Part shown: in pieces, positions 18,060 to 29,966 of the stretch | Numbering within the stretch: position 1 is the stretch's first letter | Layout of the letters: every line of letters starts with the position of its first letter | Origin: an uncultured Alphaproteobacteria bacterium | GTDB taxonomy: Bacteria > Pseudomonadota > Alphaproteobacteria > JAPYRI01 | NCBI GenBank assembly: GCA_964405515.1 | Contig: CAYOOG010000001.1 | Location: 1,003 to 65,002 of the forward strand | DNA: 64,000 nt | Direction of reading: 5' to 3' | Position numbers and translations under genes: made by a program | Notes under the pieces: model-generated | Databases searched by the model: none | Seen by the model: only the letters and a program-made list of their open reading frames with translations | Told to the model about the DNA's origin: nothing

Positions 18060-20333
18060 CTAGAGCAACTTGCGCCCCGCGTCGTGGGCGGCAAAGGCGG
18101 CGAGATTGACCAGGTCGGATACGTTAGTGCCCATGCGCGCAATCTGTGCCGGATGATCAAAACCAATGAGCAATGGCCCGATCACTGTTCCGCCGCCCAG
18201 TTCGCGCATCATTTTGGTGGTGATGTGTGCTGAATCGAGCGCCGGCATGACCAGGATGTTGGCATTGTCGGTCAAGCGGCAAAACGGGTAGAGCTCCCGC
18301 ATGCGGGGGCTGAGGGCGACATCCGCCGACATCTCTCCGTCGTATTCGAAGTCGGGATTGCGAGAATCCAGAATGGCCACCGCTTCGCGGCTACGTTGTG
18401 CCCGCGTGCCCATGGGGCTGCCAAAATTGCCGAAGGACAAGAGCGCTACTCGAGGTTCGTGGCCCAAGCGCCGGGCTTCCGCCGCCGCCTGCATGGCGAT
18501 GTCGGCCAGGTTTTCGGCGCTGGGCTCCGCATGGACGGAGGTATCGGCAACCATGACCGTCCGGTCACGGGCGACGATCATGGACATGCCAAAAACAAGC
18601 GATCCGGTCCGCGGCGCGAAGACCCGTTGCAAATCCTGCAACGAGACGCCGTAGCTGCGGGTTACACCGGTGACCATGGCGTCAGCATTGCCGTGGGCCA
18701 CCATGCAGGCGGCGAAGACATTGCGATCCCAATTAATCATGCGCTGACAGTCACGGAGCAGGAAACCCCGGCGTTGTAATTTGTCATAGAGGAATTCGGC
18801 GTAAGTCGCGTTATCGGCACTTTTCCCGGCATTGTGAATCTCCAGGGTCTCTCCCGGGTCGATACCGATCTGCACCACGGTCTCGCGAATACGGTTCTCG
18901 CGCCCGATCAATACCGGTGTGCCGTAGCCGCTATTGCGGAACGAAAGCGCCGCCCGGATGACCATTTCTTCCTCGCCTTCGGCAAAAACGACGCGCTTGG
19001 GGTTGGCCCTTACTTCGCCGAAGATCAGCGCCAGCGACCCCGCCGTTGGGTCGAGCCGGGCACGCAGGTCCTGGCGGTAGGTGTCCATGTCGATGATCGG
19101 GCGGCGGGCCACGCCCGTGTCCATGGCGGCCTGGGCCACGGCGGGCGGGATATCGGAAATCAGCCGCGGGTCAAAAGGCACTGGGATGATGTAGTTGGGG
19201 CCGTAGCGCAAGCGCTCGCCGCCATAGGCCGCGGCCACTTCGTCCGGCACGTCGCGGCGCGCCAGCTCGGCCAGGGCCTCGGCTGCCGCGCTTTTCATTT
19301 CGTTGTTGATGGTACTGGCGCGAACATCGAGTGCTCCCCTGAAAATATAAGGAAAGCCCAGAACATTGTTCACCTGGTTTGGATAATCGGAACGCCCGGT
19401 GGCGACCACCGCGTCCTCGCGCACCGACCAAATGTCTTCCGGCGAAATTTCCGGGTCCGGATTGGAAAGCGCGAAGATAATCGGCTGGTCGGCCATGGAC
19501 TCGATCATCTTGGGGGTAAAGGCGTCTTTGACCGACAGGCCCAAGAGCACGTCCGAGCCCTTCACGGCGTCTTCAAGCGTGCGGGCGTCGGTTTCCACGG
19601 CGTGGGCGGATTTCCATTGGTTGATGCCGTCTTTTCTGTCCTTGTGGATGACCCCCTTGCTGTCGCAAAGAATGACGTGATCGTGGGGCAGGCTCATGCT
19701 TTTTAGAAGCTCAAGACAGGCGATAGCGGCTGAGCCGGCGCCGTTGACGACAAAGCGTGCTGTCTTCATGTCGCGGTCGGTCAGGTCCAGGGCATTGATA
19801 ATTCCGGCGGCGGTGATGATTGCGGTGCCGTGCTGATCATCGTGGAACACGGGGATGTTCATTTCCTCGCGCAGGCGCTGCTCGATAATAAAACACTCGG
19901 GCGCCTTGATGTCTTCAAGGTTGATGCCGCCGAAGCTGGGACCAAGGAAGCGCACGCAGTTGATGAATTCGTCAACGTCTTCGGTGTCCACTTCGATGTC
20001 TATGGAATCCACGTCGGCGAAACGCTTGAAGAGAACCGCCTTGCCTTCCATCACCGGCTTCGAGGCAAGCGCGCCCAAATTGCCGAGGCCCAGAACCGCG
20101 GTGCCGTTACTGATGACGGCCACCAGGTTTCCCTTGGCGGTAAAATCGTAAGCCAGGCTTTCGTCCTCGGCGATAGCGTTGACCGGTACCGCAACGCCCG
20201 GCGTGTAAGCGAGCGACAGATCACGTTGGGTGGCCATTGGCTTGGTAGCCACGATCTCCAGCTTTCCGGGCCGCTTGCCAGCGTGAAACAGTAAGGCTTC
20301 CTGGTCTGATAATTGAGTCTTCGGCTTGTCCAT
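18060..20333 (-). CDS. maeB: NADP-dependent malic enzyme with a C-terminal phosphotransacetylase-like domain
   Basis: 757 aa. The N-terminal malic enzyme domain contains [10 protein letters not shown]...[18 protein letters not shown]. The C-terminal domain is PTA-like. Confidence 0.9.
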   Translation of the reverse strand: MDKPKTQLSDQEALLFHAGKRPGKLEIVATKPMATQRDLSLAYTPGVAVPVNAIAEDESLAYDFTAKGNLVAVISNGTAVLGLGNLGALASKPVMEGKAVLFKRFADVDSIDIEVDTEDVDEFINCVRFLGPSFGGINLEDIKAPECFIIEQRLREEMNIPVFHDDQHGTAIITAAGIINALDLTDRDMKTARFVVNGAGSAAIACLELLKSMSLPHDHVILCDSKGVIHKDRKDGINQWKSAHAVETDARTLEDAVKGSDVLLGLSVKDAFTPKMIESMADQPIIFALSNPDPEISPEDIWSVREDAVVATGRSDYPNQVNNVLGFPYIFRGALDVRASTINNEMKSAAAEALAELARRDVPDEVAAAYGGERLRYGPNYIIPVPFDPRLISDIPPAVAQAAMDTGVARRPIIDMDTYRQDLRARLDPTAGSLALIFGEVRANPKRVVFAEGEEEMVIRAALSFRNSGYGTPVLIGRENRIRETVVQIGIDPGETLEIHNAGKSADNATYAEFLYDKLQRRGFLLRDCQRMINWDRNVFAACMVAHGNADAMVTGVTRSYGVSLQDLQRVFAPRTGSLVFGMSMIVARDRTVMVADTSVHAEPSAENLADIAMQAAAEARRLGHEPRVALLSFGNFGSPMGTRAQRSREAVAILDSRNPDFEYDGEMSADVALSPRMRELYPFCRLTDNANILVMPALDSAHITTKMMRELGGGTVIGPLLIGFDHPAQIARMGTNVSDLVNLAAFAAHDAGRKLL

Positions 20334-20508
20334 AATCCTACTTCCACCTTTGGCGGAATCCCCTATCCAACTGTTTTTTACGGGAATCCTTCATTTTACC
20401 CTTTTTCCGCGCTTTGGGAACAATCCCTGGGAAACAGGGCCAAATTGCTGCGCCGAGGGGCTGAATACGGTAAGTTTCCGGCCCGGCCCAGAATCAGACC
20501 ATGCCCAA

Positions 20509-23289
20509 ATGACCGAAACGCAGCCCAGCTCAACCACGGAAAAGCCCCTGTCAGGCAGCAACAGCGCCGGTAAAGCTATGTCTGCGAAGAACAGCGCCAA
20601 GCCTACCTCGCCCATGATGGCGCAGTTCCTGAAAATCAAAGCGGATCACCAGGACTGCCTGTTGTTCTATCGCATGGGCGACTTTTACGAGATGTTCTTT
20701 GACGACGCCGTGGCGGCGTCGGCGGCGCTCGATATAACCCTGACCAAGCGTGGTAAGCACGAGGGCGCGGACATTCCCATGTGCGGCGTTCCAGTCCATG
20801 CCGCCGAGAACTATACGGCGCGGCTCATCCGCAAGGGCTTTCGCGTTGCCGTTTGCGAGCAGGTGGAAGACCCGGCGGAGGCCAAGAAACGCGGCGCCAA
20901 GGCCGTGGTGCGGCGCGAGGTCACACGGCTGATCACGGCGGGCACCTTGACCGAGGACACCCTTCTGGACGCCCGGCATAACAATTATCTGGCGGCGCTT
21001 GCCCGCGCCGGCGACGATCTGGCCATCGCCTGGCTGGACATTTCAACAGGCAGTTTCGCCGGCCAGGCGGTGGTGCCCGACGCGCTGGCCGCAGAACTCT
21101 CCCGCATCGATCCGGGCGAGCTTTTGGTGGCGGACCGCTTGATTGCCGAGCCCGGCCTGTTCGAGCTCTTGGCCGACTGGAAGGACCGTCTGACGCCGCG
21201 GCCCGATTCCGTATTCGACAGCCGCGGTGCCGAGCGGCGCCTTTGCGCGCTGTTCGAGGTCGCCACCCTGGACGCTTATGGTGTCTTCGGCCGGCCCGAA
21301 TTAGCAGCGCTGGGTGCGGTTGTTGAATACGTCGAGCTGACGCAAAAGGGCCGCCTGCCGCTTATCCGGCCACCGGCGGCGCGGGGCTCCGGCGCGGCCA
21401 TGGCCATCGACGGCGCGACCAGACGAAACCTGGAGCTCGTGCGCACCTTGAGTGGCGAGCGCAAGGGCAGCCTGCTTGCGACGCTTGATCGAACGGTCAC
21501 CGGCGCCGGTGCGCGCCTCTTGGCGGCGCGCCTGGCCTCGCCCCTGACCGATGCGGCCGACATCAACCGGCGTCTCGATATGGTGCAGTTCATGGCCGAT
21601 CAGGCATCGCTGCGTGAGGCCGTGCGCACCGCCCTCAAGGCCTCGCCGGATGTCGAGCGCGCCCTGTCCCGCCTGGCCGTGGGGCGCGGCGGCCCGCGCG
21701 ATCTTGCCGCTGTGGGTAACGGCCTCAAGGTGGCCGGTGATCTGCGCGAGCAATTATCGGCGCCGCCGCCCAAGGCCGGCTCCGGTGAACAGTCCCTTGC
21801 CGCCCTGCCTCCCCTGCCGGATGGTCTTGCCGATCTGGTCAGGGACCTAGGCCATCATGGGGTTCTGGTGGACCGGCTGGCCCGTGCGCTGGCCGCCGAC
21901 CTGCCGATCCTGGTGCGGGACGGCGGCTTTATCGCCATGGGCTACCACGCCGGCCTCGACGAGCTGCGCCTGCTGCGCGATGAAAGCCGGCGGCTTATAG
22001 CCGGGCTTGAAGCCGAGTACCGCAAGACCACCGGAATCCAGAGCCTCAAGGTCAAGCACAACAACGTGCTCGGCTACCATATCGACGTTACGCAAATTCA
22101 CGCCGACAAACTGATGTCCGACGAGGCCTTTATCCACCGCCAGACCATGGCCAATGCGGTGCGCTTTTCGACAACCGACCTGGCCGATCTGGCGCAGAAA
22201 ATTTCCCGCGCCGCCGACCAGGCACTGGCCCTGGAGGCCGAACTGTTCCAGGATCTGACGGGCGAAGTCACCGCGGCGGCGGTGGAAATCGCCACGGCAG
22301 CGGGGGCGCTGGCCGCCCTTGACGTGACCACGGGCTTTGCCTCCCTGGCCGAGGAAGACAACCATTGCCGTCCGCTGGTGGATGACAGCCTTGCCTTCGC
22401 GGTCGTGGCCGGCCGCCATCCGGTGGTTGAACGTGCCCTGGCGGCGGGTAGCGCCGGGCCCTTTGTTGCCAACGACTGCCATCTGGGTGCCGGTCCCGTG
22501 GCCCAGGAGGATGCCGATAGCCGCCGCTTGTGGCTGCTTACCGGCCCCAATATGGCCGGCAAGAGCACCTTCCTGCGCCAGAACGCGCTTATCGCCATCA
22601 TGGCCCAGGCGGGCGCCTTCGTGCCCGCCGCGTCGGCTCACATCGGCGTTGTTGATCGCCTGTTCAGCCGGGTCGGGGCGGCAGACGATCTGGCGCGGGG
22701 GCGGTCGACCTTTATGGTTGAAATGGTTGAAACCGCCGCCATTCTCAACCAGGCGGGCGAGCGGGCGCTGGTCATTCTGGATGAGATCGGCCGTGGTACG
22801 GCGACATTCGACGGCCTGTCCATCGCCTGGGCGGTGGTCGAGCACCTGCACGAGGTCAACCGCTGCCGGGCGCTCTTCGCCACCCATTATCATGAACTGA
22901 CGGCGCTTTCGGCCAAGTTGCCGGGCCTCGCCAACCATGCTCTTCGGGTCAAGGAGTGGCGGGGCGACGTGGTATTCTTGCACGAAGTGGTCGCAGGCGC
23001 CGCCGACCGTTCCTACGGCATTCACGTGGCCCGATTGGCGGGATTGCCGGCAGCCGTGGTGGCCCGCGCCGAGCATGTGCTGGAGACCCTGGAATCGACG
23101 GAGTCGGGTGGCGCGGCAGCGGCGCGGCTGGCCGAGGATTTGCCGTTATTCGCGACCGCGTCCACGGCGGCGGCCGTTCAGCCCGAGACGCAAGACGTCA
23201 TTCGCGAGGTGTTCGAAGGCGTGGCGCCCGATGAACTGTCGCCCAAGGAAGCGCTTGAGCTTATATACAGGCTGCGCGGTCTGTTGTAG
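20509..23289 (+). CDS. mutS: DNA mismatch repair protein MutS
   Basis: From the in-frame ATG (MTETQ...). [34 protein letters not shown] is the mismatch-binding domain, and Walker A is [13 protein letters not shown]. The start could instead lie a few codons downstream. Confidence 0.9.
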   Translation: MTETQPSSTTEKPLSGSNSAGKAMSAKNSAKPTSPMMAQFLKIKADHQDCLLFYRMGDFYEMFFDDAVAASAALDITLTKRGKHEGADIPMCGVPVHAAENYTARLIRKGFRVAVCEQVEDPAEAKKRGAKAVVRREVTRLITAGTLTEDTLLDARHNNYLAALARAGDDLAIAWLDISTGSFAGQAVVPDALAAELSRIDPGELLVADRLIAEPGLFELLADWKDRLTPRPDSVFDSRGAERRLCALFEVATLDAYGVFGRPELAALGAVVEYVELTQKGRLPLIRPPAARGSGAAMAIDGATRRNLELVRTLSGERKGSLLATLDRTVTGAGARLLAARLASPLTDAADINRRLDMVQFMADQASLREAVRTALKASPDVERALSRLAVGRGGPRDLAAVGNGLKVAGDLREQLSAPPPKAGSGEQSLAALPPLPDGLADLVRDLGHHGVLVDRLARALAADLPILVRDGGFIAMGYHAGLDELRLLRDESRRLIAGLEAEYRKTTGIQSLKVKHNNVLGYHIDVTQIHADKLMSDEAFIHRQTMANAVRFSTTDLADLAQKISRAADQALALEAELFQDLTGEVTAAAVEIATAAGALAALDVTTGFASLAEEDNHCRPLVDDSLAFAVVAGRHPVVERALAAGSAGPFVANDCHLGAGPVAQEDADSRRLWLLTGPNMAGKSTFLRQNALIAIMAQAGAFVPAASAHIGVVDRLFSRVGAADDLARGRSTFMVEMVETAAILNQAGERALVILDEIGRGTATFDGLSIAWAVVEHLHEVNRCRALFATHYHELTALSAKLPGLANHALRVKEWRGDVVFLHEVVAGAADRSYGIHVARLAGLPAAVVARAEHVLETLESTESGGAAAARLAEDLPLFATASTAAAVQPETQDVIREVFEGVAPDELSPKEALELIYRLRGLL

Positions 23290-23333
23290 CGGGCCGGCGC
23301 CTCGCGACCTGGACAGAGTGAGCCTATTACACA

Positions 23334-26141
23334 ATGCCAAGATTTAAGATCAAGGATCAGCGCAAGATCATCGACCGCAAGAAACTGGCGGCGGCGCTCG
23401 ACCAATTGGCCGAGGACCACGGGCCGCAGAGTCTTGAGTTGCGGCGGGCTCTGCTGGCCATGCTCCGCCAGGCGCTGGAAGACGGCCGGGCTGAGATCAA
23501 GAGCCGGTTTGAAGACGGCGCCGGTGGACGGGCCACGGTGTATGCCTATGGCTTTCTGATCGACCAGCTGCTGCGCGCGCTCTTCGACCTGGTGGTCAAC
23601 AAGATCTACCGCGCCGACAATCCGACCAAGGCGGAGCGCCTTTGTCTGACCGCCGTGGGCGGCTACGGGCGCGGTGACCTGGCGCCCCAGTCAGATATCG
23701 ATCTCCTGTTCCTGCTGCCCTACAAGCAAACCCCCTGGGGCGAACAGGTGGTCGAATACATGCTCTATATTCTTTGGGACTTGGGCCTCAAGGTGGGGCA
23801 CGCCAGCCGCTCGGTCGAAGGCTGCCTGAGCTATGCCAAGAAGGACCTGACCATTCGCACCGGGCTGTTGGAAGCTCGATACATTTGGGGCGAGAAAGAA
23901 CTGTTCGACGACCTGAGTGCGAGATTCGCGAAGGAAGTGGTCGCCGGCAAGGGGCCCGAATATATCGACGCCAAGTTGGACGAACGCGATCGCCGTCATC
24001 GGCGGTTTGGGGAATCGCGGTATTTGGTGGAACCCAATATCAAGGAAGGCAAGGGTGGCCTGCGCGATCTCCATACCTTGTTCTGGATTGCCAAGTTTCT
24101 TTACCCCAACGAGCGCATTGACGAACTTGTGGATCAAGAACTGTTGACCAAGTCGGAGGTGCGCTCTTTCGCCAAGGCCGAGGAATTTCTCTGGCGCGTG
24201 CGTTGTGCCCTGCATTACCTAGTCGGTCGGCCGGAGGAACGCCTGACCTTCGATTTGCAGCCCGCCATGGCCCAAGAGCTGGGCTACGAAGACAAGGCCG
24301 GCATAAGCGCCACCGAGCGCTTCATGAAGGACTATTTCCAGAACGCCCAAACCGTTGGCTCACTGACCCGGATATTCTGCGCCTTTCTTGAGGAAAAGCA
24401 CCGCCGCCGCCCACGCTTCAGGCTGCCGCGCTTCGGCCTCAGGTGGCGGGACGTGGAAGGGTTCCGGATCGAAGGCGATCGCGTCAACTTGCGCAGCGAC
24501 GATGACTTCAAGCGCGACCCGGTCAAGCTGATCCGACTTTTTCATTTGGCCCAGGCCCACGATTTTGACATTCATCCCCATGCCTTGACGGTGATGACGC
24601 GAAACCTGGGCCTGATCGACGAAAGCTTGCGCGCGAACGAAGAAGCCAACCGGCTGTTCCTGGAAATTCTGACGTCGACCAAGGCGCCCGACGTAAGTCT
24701 TCGGCGCATGAACGAGGCCGGGGTGCTGGGCCGTTTCCTGCCGGACTTTGGCCAGATCGTGGCGCAGATGCAGCACGACATGTACCACGTCTATACGGTC
24801 GACGAGCATGCCATCCAGGCCATTGGCCTCTTGGCCCGCATCGAAAGCGGCAGCTTGGCCGAGGACCATCCGGTCTCCAACGAGATCATCCATAAAATAC
24901 TTTCCCGCGAAGTGCTTTATATGGCGACCTTCCTCCATGATATCGCCAAGGGCCGCAAGGGCGACCACTCGGAGCTCGGGGCGGAAGTTGCCAACGAAGT
25001 GTGTCCGCGTTTCGGCTTTTCCGAGGGCGAAACCGAAACCATTGCCTGGCTGGTGCGCCATCACCTTCATATGAGCGGTTTTGCCTTCAAGCGGGATTTG
25101 TCGGATCCCAAAACCGTGGCCGATTTTGCCGAAATCGTGCAGAGCCCGGAGCGGCTGCGTCTTCTCTTGGTATTGACCGTCGCCGACATCCGCGCCGTCG
25201 GCCCCGGCGTCTGGAACGGATGGAAAGGCCAGTTGCTGCGCGACCTGTACTATTTGTCTGAAGAAGTACTGTTGGGTGGCGTTGGCGGCCTCGCCGTCAA
25301 GGAGCGCGTGGCCGCCGCCGAGGAGGCTCTGCGCGATCGCCTGTCCGCCTGGGATGATGAAACCTTCACCGCCTATGCGGCGCGTCATTTCCCGCCCTAT
25401 TGGTTATCGGCGGACACCGATCTTCATGAATATCACGCGCAACTGGTGAATCAGGCAGATCGGGACGGCACGCCCCTCACCCTCAAGACCCGCGTCGACA
25501 CTTTCCGCGACGTCACCGAAGTCACGCTCTATGCCGCTGATCATCCGGGACTTTTCGCCCGCATCGCCGGGGCCATGGCCCTGTGCGGCGCCAACATCGT
25601 GGATGCACGCATCGCAACGACAACCGACGGCATGGCCTTGGATGTCTTTTGGATTCAAGATGCTGATCAGCGCGCCTTTGCCCGGCCCGAAAAGTTGGCG
25701 CGTCTCAGCGCCCTTATCGAGCAGACCCTGGCAGGCCGCGTTCGGCCGCACGAAAAATTGGAAGAGGCTCCAAGCCTGCCGACCCGAACCAGCGTCTTTA
25801 CGGTCGCCCCCCGGGTGCTTGTGGACAATGCTGCCAGTGACAGCCACACGCTGATCGAGGTTAATGGCCGCGACCGTCCGGGTTTTCTCTCCCGCGTCAC
25901 TTACGAGTTGTTCCAGCTCAGTCTGACGATTTCCAGCGCCCGCATCGCGACCTATGGCGAACGCGCCGTTGATGTGTTTTACGTGCGCGACATGTTCGGG
26001 CTCAAGATCACCAACCAGTCCAAAATCAAGATCATCGAAAAGCGCCTCTTGGCGGCGCTCAAGGAACTTGCGGGCGACGTGACCGAGGATAAAGACCCCC
26101 CCGCCGGCGACGGCCCGGCAAAGCGCACCGCCGCCATTTAA
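23334..26141 (+). CDS. glnD: Bifunctional [protein-PII] uridylyltransferase/uridylyl-removing enzyme GlnD
   Basis: 935 aa. It has a nucleotidyltransferase domain (LTAVGGYGRGDLAPQSDIDLLFLLP), an HD domain (FLHDIAKGR...H) and two C-terminal ACT domains. Confidence 0.9.
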   Translation: MPRFKIKDQRKIIDRKKLAAALDQLAEDHGPQSLELRRALLAMLRQALEDGRAEIKSRFEDGAGGRATVYAYGFLIDQLLRALFDLVVNKIYRADNPTKAERLCLTAVGGYGRGDLAPQSDIDLLFLLPYKQTPWGEQVVEYMLYILWDLGLKVGHASRSVEGCLSYAKKDLTIRTGLLEARYIWGEKELFDDLSARFAKEVVAGKGPEYIDAKLDERDRRHRRFGESRYLVEPNIKEGKGGLRDLHTLFWIAKFLYPNERIDELVDQELLTKSEVRSFAKAEEFLWRVRCALHYLVGRPEERLTFDLQPAMAQELGYEDKAGISATERFMKDYFQNAQTVGSLTRIFCAFLEEKHRRRPRFRLPRFGLRWRDVEGFRIEGDRVNLRSDDDFKRDPVKLIRLFHLAQAHDFDIHPHALTVMTRNLGLIDESLRANEEANRLFLEILTSTKAPDVSLRRMNEAGVLGRFLPDFGQIVAQMQHDMYHVYTVDEHAIQAIGLLARIESGSLAEDHPVSNEIIHKILSREVLYMATFLHDIAKGRKGDHSELGAEVANEVCPRFGFSEGETETIAWLVRHHLHMSGFAFKRDLSDPKTVADFAEIVQSPERLRLLLVLTVADIRAVGPGVWNGWKGQLLRDLYYLSEEVLLGGVGGLAVKERVAAAEEALRDRLSAWDDETFTAYAARHFPPYWLSADTDLHEYHAQLVNQADRDGTPLTLKTRVDTFRDVTEVTLYAADHPGLFARIAGAMALCGANIVDARIATTTDGMALDVFWIQDADQRAFARPEKLARLSALIEQTLAGRVRPHEKLEEAPSLPTRTSVFTVAPRVLVDNAASDSHTLIEVNGRDRPGFLSRVTYELFQLSLTISSARIATYGERAVDVFYVRDMFGLKITNQSKIKIIEKRLLAALKELAGDVTEDKDPPAGDGPAKRTAAI

Positions 26142-26157
26142 ATACAAAGCCTGGAAG

Positions 26158-26233
26158 CCTCCCGCTCCCCCGGCCCAACCACCCGATGAGTGTACCCTTG
26201 GCGTGGTTGGGCCGGGGGAGCGGGAGGCGGTGG
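26158..26233. repeat. REP-like imperfect palindromic intergenic element, copy B
   Basis: The sequence cctcccgctcccccggcccaaccaccc-[gatgagtgtaccctt]-ggcgtggttgggccgggggagcgggagg-cggtgg has about 27-nt arms with one or two mismatches. It lies between the glnD stop (26141) and the stop of the convergent CDF gene (26239). Confidence 0.75.
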
Positions 26234-26238
26234 TAGAC

Positions 26239-27150
26239 CTATTGTGCCCCCGCCTCGGCCTCGATGAAGACCCGCCGCACTTCGGGGCAGGCGGATTTGA
26301 TCTCGGCGGTCAGCTTGCTCACTAATTCTTCCAACTGCCCCGCCGATAGCTGATCGTCAAAGTCCAGGCTCAGGTTCACAAGTATGTCCTCGGGCCCAAA
26401 GTGCATGGTCAGCAGCTCGTTGATCGCTTCTACGCCCGGCTGGGCCGTGACCAGGCCCTCGATGCGCCGCCGCGCGCTCCGCCCGGCGGCCTCTCCCGTC
26501 AACAGCCCCTTGCACTCGTAGGCCAGAAGCGCGGCTGTAGCGGCCAGTATTACTCCAATGACAATACTCGCGGCCCCGTCCAGCACCGGCAGGTCAAGGT
26601 TGTCGGCCAGGGCCACGCCGGCAAACGCCACCAAGAGGCCGAGCATCGCCGCCGTGTCCTCAAAGAGCACGGTAAAGATTGCCGGATTCTTGGAATCGCG
26701 CACGGCCTCGATCCAGCCCTGCTCGCCCTTGGTGCGGCGGAACTCGGCAAAGGCAACGGCCCAAGCCGCGCTCTCAAATAGAAGCGCCGCGCCAAGGACC
26801 AGGTAATTGATATAGGCGTGGCTGATGGGCTCGGGCGCCTGAACCTTGTGGATGCCTTCGTAAATAGAGATGCCGGCGCCAAGGCCGAATATAAGGATCG
26901 CCACGACGAATGCCCAGAAATAGAGCTCCATTCCGTAGCCAAAGGGATGATCCTCGTCGGCGGGTTTGGCGCTGCGCTTGATACCGTAGAGAAGCAGAAG
27001 CTGGTTGCCGGTGTCGACAAGCGAATGGATGGCCTCGCTCAACATAGCCGAGCTGCCCGTATAGGCAGCGGCGCCGAATTTGGTGACGGCGATAAGGGCG
27101 TTGCCGGCAAGGGCGGCAAAGACGACTTTTTTTGAGGAATGAGCGGCCAT
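26239..27150 (-). CDS. Cation diffusion facilitator (CDF) family divalent metal efflux transporter
   Basis: 303 aa with six TM helices. SEAIHSLVDTGNQLLLLYGI...ADEDHPFGYGMELYF is a CDF signature, and a C-terminal cytoplasmic domain follows. Confidence 0.85.
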   Translation of the reverse strand: MAAHSSKKVVFAALAGNALIAVTKFGAAAYTGSSAMLSEAIHSLVDTGNQLLLLYGIKRSAKPADEDHPFGYGMELYFWAFVVAILIFGLGAGISIYEGIHKVQAPEPISHAYINYLVLGAALLFESAAWAVAFAEFRRTKGEQGWIEAVRDSKNPAIFTVLFEDTAAMLGLLVAFAGVALADNLDLPVLDGAASIVIGVILAATAALLAYECKGLLTGEAAGRSARRRIEGLVTAQPGVEAINELLTMHFGPEDILVNLSLDFDDQLSAGQLEELVSKLTAEIKSACPEVRRVFIEAEAGAQ

Positions 27151-27243
27151 GGCCCGGGCAGTTTAGCGGAAATTACCGGCTTCGTGGCAAGCCCGGCAAA
27201 GCCTTGCCTTTTTTCCGCCCCGATTTTCCTCTATCACTCGCAC

Positions 27244-28806
27244 ATGAGTTTGCTGCGCTCCATTGCCACCGTGGGCGGCTATACCGGCCTCAGCCGGATA
27301 CTGGGCTTTGTCCGCGACATCCTGATCGCCGCCATCCTGGGCGCCGGCTGGGTTGCCGACTGCTTCTTCGTGGCCTTCAAGATTCCCAATTTCTTCCGCC
27401 GCCTGTTCGCCGAAGGCGCCTTTAACGCCGGTTTTGTGCCGCTTTTTTCAGGCGCACTGGCGCGCGACGGCATGGCATCCGCCAAGCGTTTTGCCGAGGA
27501 GACGCTCGCTGTATTCGTGGTGTCGCTGCTGCTCTTCGTGGCGCTCATGCAGGCCGCCATGCCCTGGGCCATGATGGGTCTGGCGCCGGGCTTCGTCGAT
27601 GAGCCGGAAAAGTTTGACCTCGCCGTGGCCCTGACCCGGCTGACCTTTCCCTATCTGCTTTTCATCAGCCTGGTTTCGCTGCTGGGGGGCATTTTGAACT
27701 CCCTCGGCCGCTTCGCCGCCGTGGCGGCCACGCCCATTCTGCTTAATCTGGCGTTGATCACGGCGCTGCTGGGCTTCTCCGGGCGGGCAGAGACCCCGGC
27801 TCACGCGCTGGCCTGGGGCGTGTCGGCGGCGGGCGTTCTGCAATTCCTCTGGCTCATTGTGGCGGCGCGGCGCGCCGGCGTGGTGCTGCGCCTGCTCCGG
27901 CCGCGCCTTACACCGAGAGTGCGCGAGTTGCTCATGCTCATGCTCCCCGCAGCCATCGGGGCGGGCGTGGTGCAGGTCAATCTGATGGTCGACGTGATTA
28001 TCGCTTCGCTTCTGCCCAGTGGTTCCTTGTCCTACCTGTTTTTTGCCGACCGCCTCAACCAGCTCCCCTTGGGCGTGGTCGGCGTTGCCGTGGGCACGGC
28101 CCTGCTGCCGCTTTTATCTCGCCAGGTGGCCTCGGGCGAGGAGGAGTCGGCTGCCGAGGCGCAAAACCGGGCGCTGGAGTTCGCGCTTGTGCTGACCTTG
28201 CCGGCGGCAACGGCGCTCATGGTCATGCCGGGGCCTCTGGTGAGTGTCTTGTTTGAGCGCGGCGCCTTCGACGCCGGGGCCACGGCCGCCACGGCGGCGG
28301 CGCTGGCGGCCTATGCCATTGGGCTGCCCGCCTATGTCCTGGTCAAGGTTCTAGGGCCCGGGTTCTTCGCCCGCCGCGACACGGCGACACCGGTGCGCTT
28401 CGCCATCATCGCCATGTTCGTCAATCTGGCGCTCAATCTCGCCCTCATGGGGCCGTTCAAGCACGTTGGCCTGGCGCTTGCGACCGCGCTCTCCGCCTGG
28501 CTCAACACCGGACTCTTGGGGCTGGCCCTGTGGCGGCGCGGGCATTTGCAGGTGGACCGGCGCTTGGCCCGGCGTTTTCCGCGCATGATCCTAGCCTCCG
28601 CCGGCATGGGGCTGGCGCTATGGTTTGGCGCAAGGGCGCTGGCGCCGGCCCTAAGTGGCGGCAGCTTCGAGCGCGTTGCCGCTCTCGCCGCCCTGGTGAT
28701 CGGCGGCTTGGTCATCTATGGCCTTCTCGCGCGCGTGTTGGGTGTGGTCTCCGGCGCGGAATTGAAGACCGCGCTTTCTCGGGGCGGTGACCTGAAAGAG
28801 CGTTGA
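27244..28806 (+). CDS. murJ: Lipid II flippase MurJ (MviN)
   Basis: From the internal Met MSLLRSIATVGGYTGLSRILGFVRDILIAAILGAGWVADCFFVAFKIPNFFRRLFAEGAFNAGFVPLF. This is a canonical MurJ N-terminus. Confidence 0.9.
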   Translation: MSLLRSIATVGGYTGLSRILGFVRDILIAAILGAGWVADCFFVAFKIPNFFRRLFAEGAFNAGFVPLFSGALARDGMASAKRFAEETLAVFVVSLLLFVALMQAAMPWAMMGLAPGFVDEPEKFDLAVALTRLTFPYLLFISLVSLLGGILNSLGRFAAVAATPILLNLALITALLGFSGRAETPAHALAWGVSAAGVLQFLWLIVAARRAGVVLRLLRPRLTPRVRELLMLMLPAAIGAGVVQVNLMVDVIIASLLPSGSLSYLFFADRLNQLPLGVVGVAVGTALLPLLSRQVASGEEESAAEAQNRALEFALVLTLPAATALMVMPGPLVSVLFERGAFDAGATAATAAALAAYAIGLPAYVLVKVLGPGFFARRDTATPVRFAIIAMFVNLALNLALMGPFKHVGLALATALSAWLNTGLLGLALWRRGHLQVDRRLARRFPRMILASAGMGLALWFGARALAPALSGGSFERVAALAALVIGGLVIYGLLARVLGVVSGAELKTALSRGGDLKER

Positions 28807-28857
28807 CCGGGAGGGGACGAGTTGGGATAACTCTGCCGCCATGATCGGGTAGAAACA

Positions 28858-29871
28858 ATGAACGAAAAGCCAAGCAAGAGAATATTTTCCGGCATCCAGC
28901 CCACGGGCAACCTGCACCTCGGCAATTACCTGGGCGCGGTGCGCAATTGGGCGCGGCTTCAGGACGAATACGAATGCCTCTATTGCATGGTCGACATGCA
29001 CGCCATTACCGTGCCCCAGGATCCGGAACAACTGCGCGCAAATACGCGCGAGACCACGGCCATGCTGCTGGCCGCCGGTATCGACCCCAAGGGCTCCATC
29101 GTTTTCAACCAAAGCCAGGTGCCGGCCCACGCCGAGCTGGCCTGGGTCTTCAACTGCGTGGTCCGCCTTGGTTGGCTCAACCGCATGACCCAGTTCAAGG
29201 ACAAGGCGGGCAAGAACCGTGAAAACGCGAGCCTCGGGCTTTACGGCTACCCGGCGCTGATGGCCGCCGACATTCTTGCCTATAAGGCGACCCACGTACC
29301 GGTGGGCGAGGATCAGAAGCAGCACCTTGAACTGACCCGCGACGTGGCGCAAAAGTTCAACAGCGATTTCGGCGTTGATTTCTTTCCGCTGACCGAGCCC
29401 TTGATCTACGGTGGCGCCACGCGGATCATGTCCCTGCGCGACGGCACCAAGAAAATGAGCAAGTCGGACCCATCCGACGCCTCGCGTATCAATGTGCTGG
29501 ATACGGCGGATGACATCGCCCGCAAGATTAAGAAAGCCAAGACCGATCCCGAGCCTCTGCCGAACAGTGTCGACGATTTGGCCGACCGGCCCGAAGCGGC
29601 AAACCTCATGACCATTTTCGCCGCTCTCGACGAAAGCGACCTGGCTGATGTTTGTGGCCGCTACGCAGGCGCGCAGTTCTCCGCCTTCAAGTCGGATTTG
29701 GCCGACTTGGCGGCGCAAAAACTCGGGCCCATGGCTGATGAAATGCGGAGGCTGCTTGCCGACACGACCCATGTGGATGGAGTCCTGCACGATGGCGCCG
29801 AGCGCGCGGCGGCGATGGCCGCGCCCATTCTTGCAGAGGTCTATGACATCGTCGGATTTCTTCGGACCTGA
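28858..29871 (+). CDS. trpS: Tryptophan--tRNA ligase
   Basis: [19 protein letters not shown] carries the HIGH-like motif and ...KMSKSDP is the KMSKS motif. It is a class I aaRS, in a glnD-murJ-trpS synteny. Confidence 0.9.
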   Translation: MNEKPSKRIFSGIQPTGNLHLGNYLGAVRNWARLQDEYECLYCMVDMHAITVPQDPEQLRANTRETTAMLLAAGIDPKGSIVFNQSQVPAHAELAWVFNCVVRLGWLNRMTQFKDKAGKNRENASLGLYGYPALMAADILAYKATHVPVGEDQKQHLELTRDVAQKFNSDFGVDFFPLTEPLIYGGATRIMSLRDGTKKMSKSDPSDASRINVLDTADDIARKIKKAKTDPEPLPNSVDDLADRPEAANLMTIFAALDESDLADVCGRYAGAQFSAFKSDLADLAAQKLGPMADEMRRLLADTTHVDGVLHDGAERAAAMAAPILAEVYDIVGFLRT

Positions 29872-29966
29872 GAGATAGGTCGCCGCGCTCGCCGCACCGG
29901 TAACGCCCTGAAATCAGGGGATGAGGCCCTTCCCCTTGCGGTTGAGCCCATGGCAATGGCAGGATA

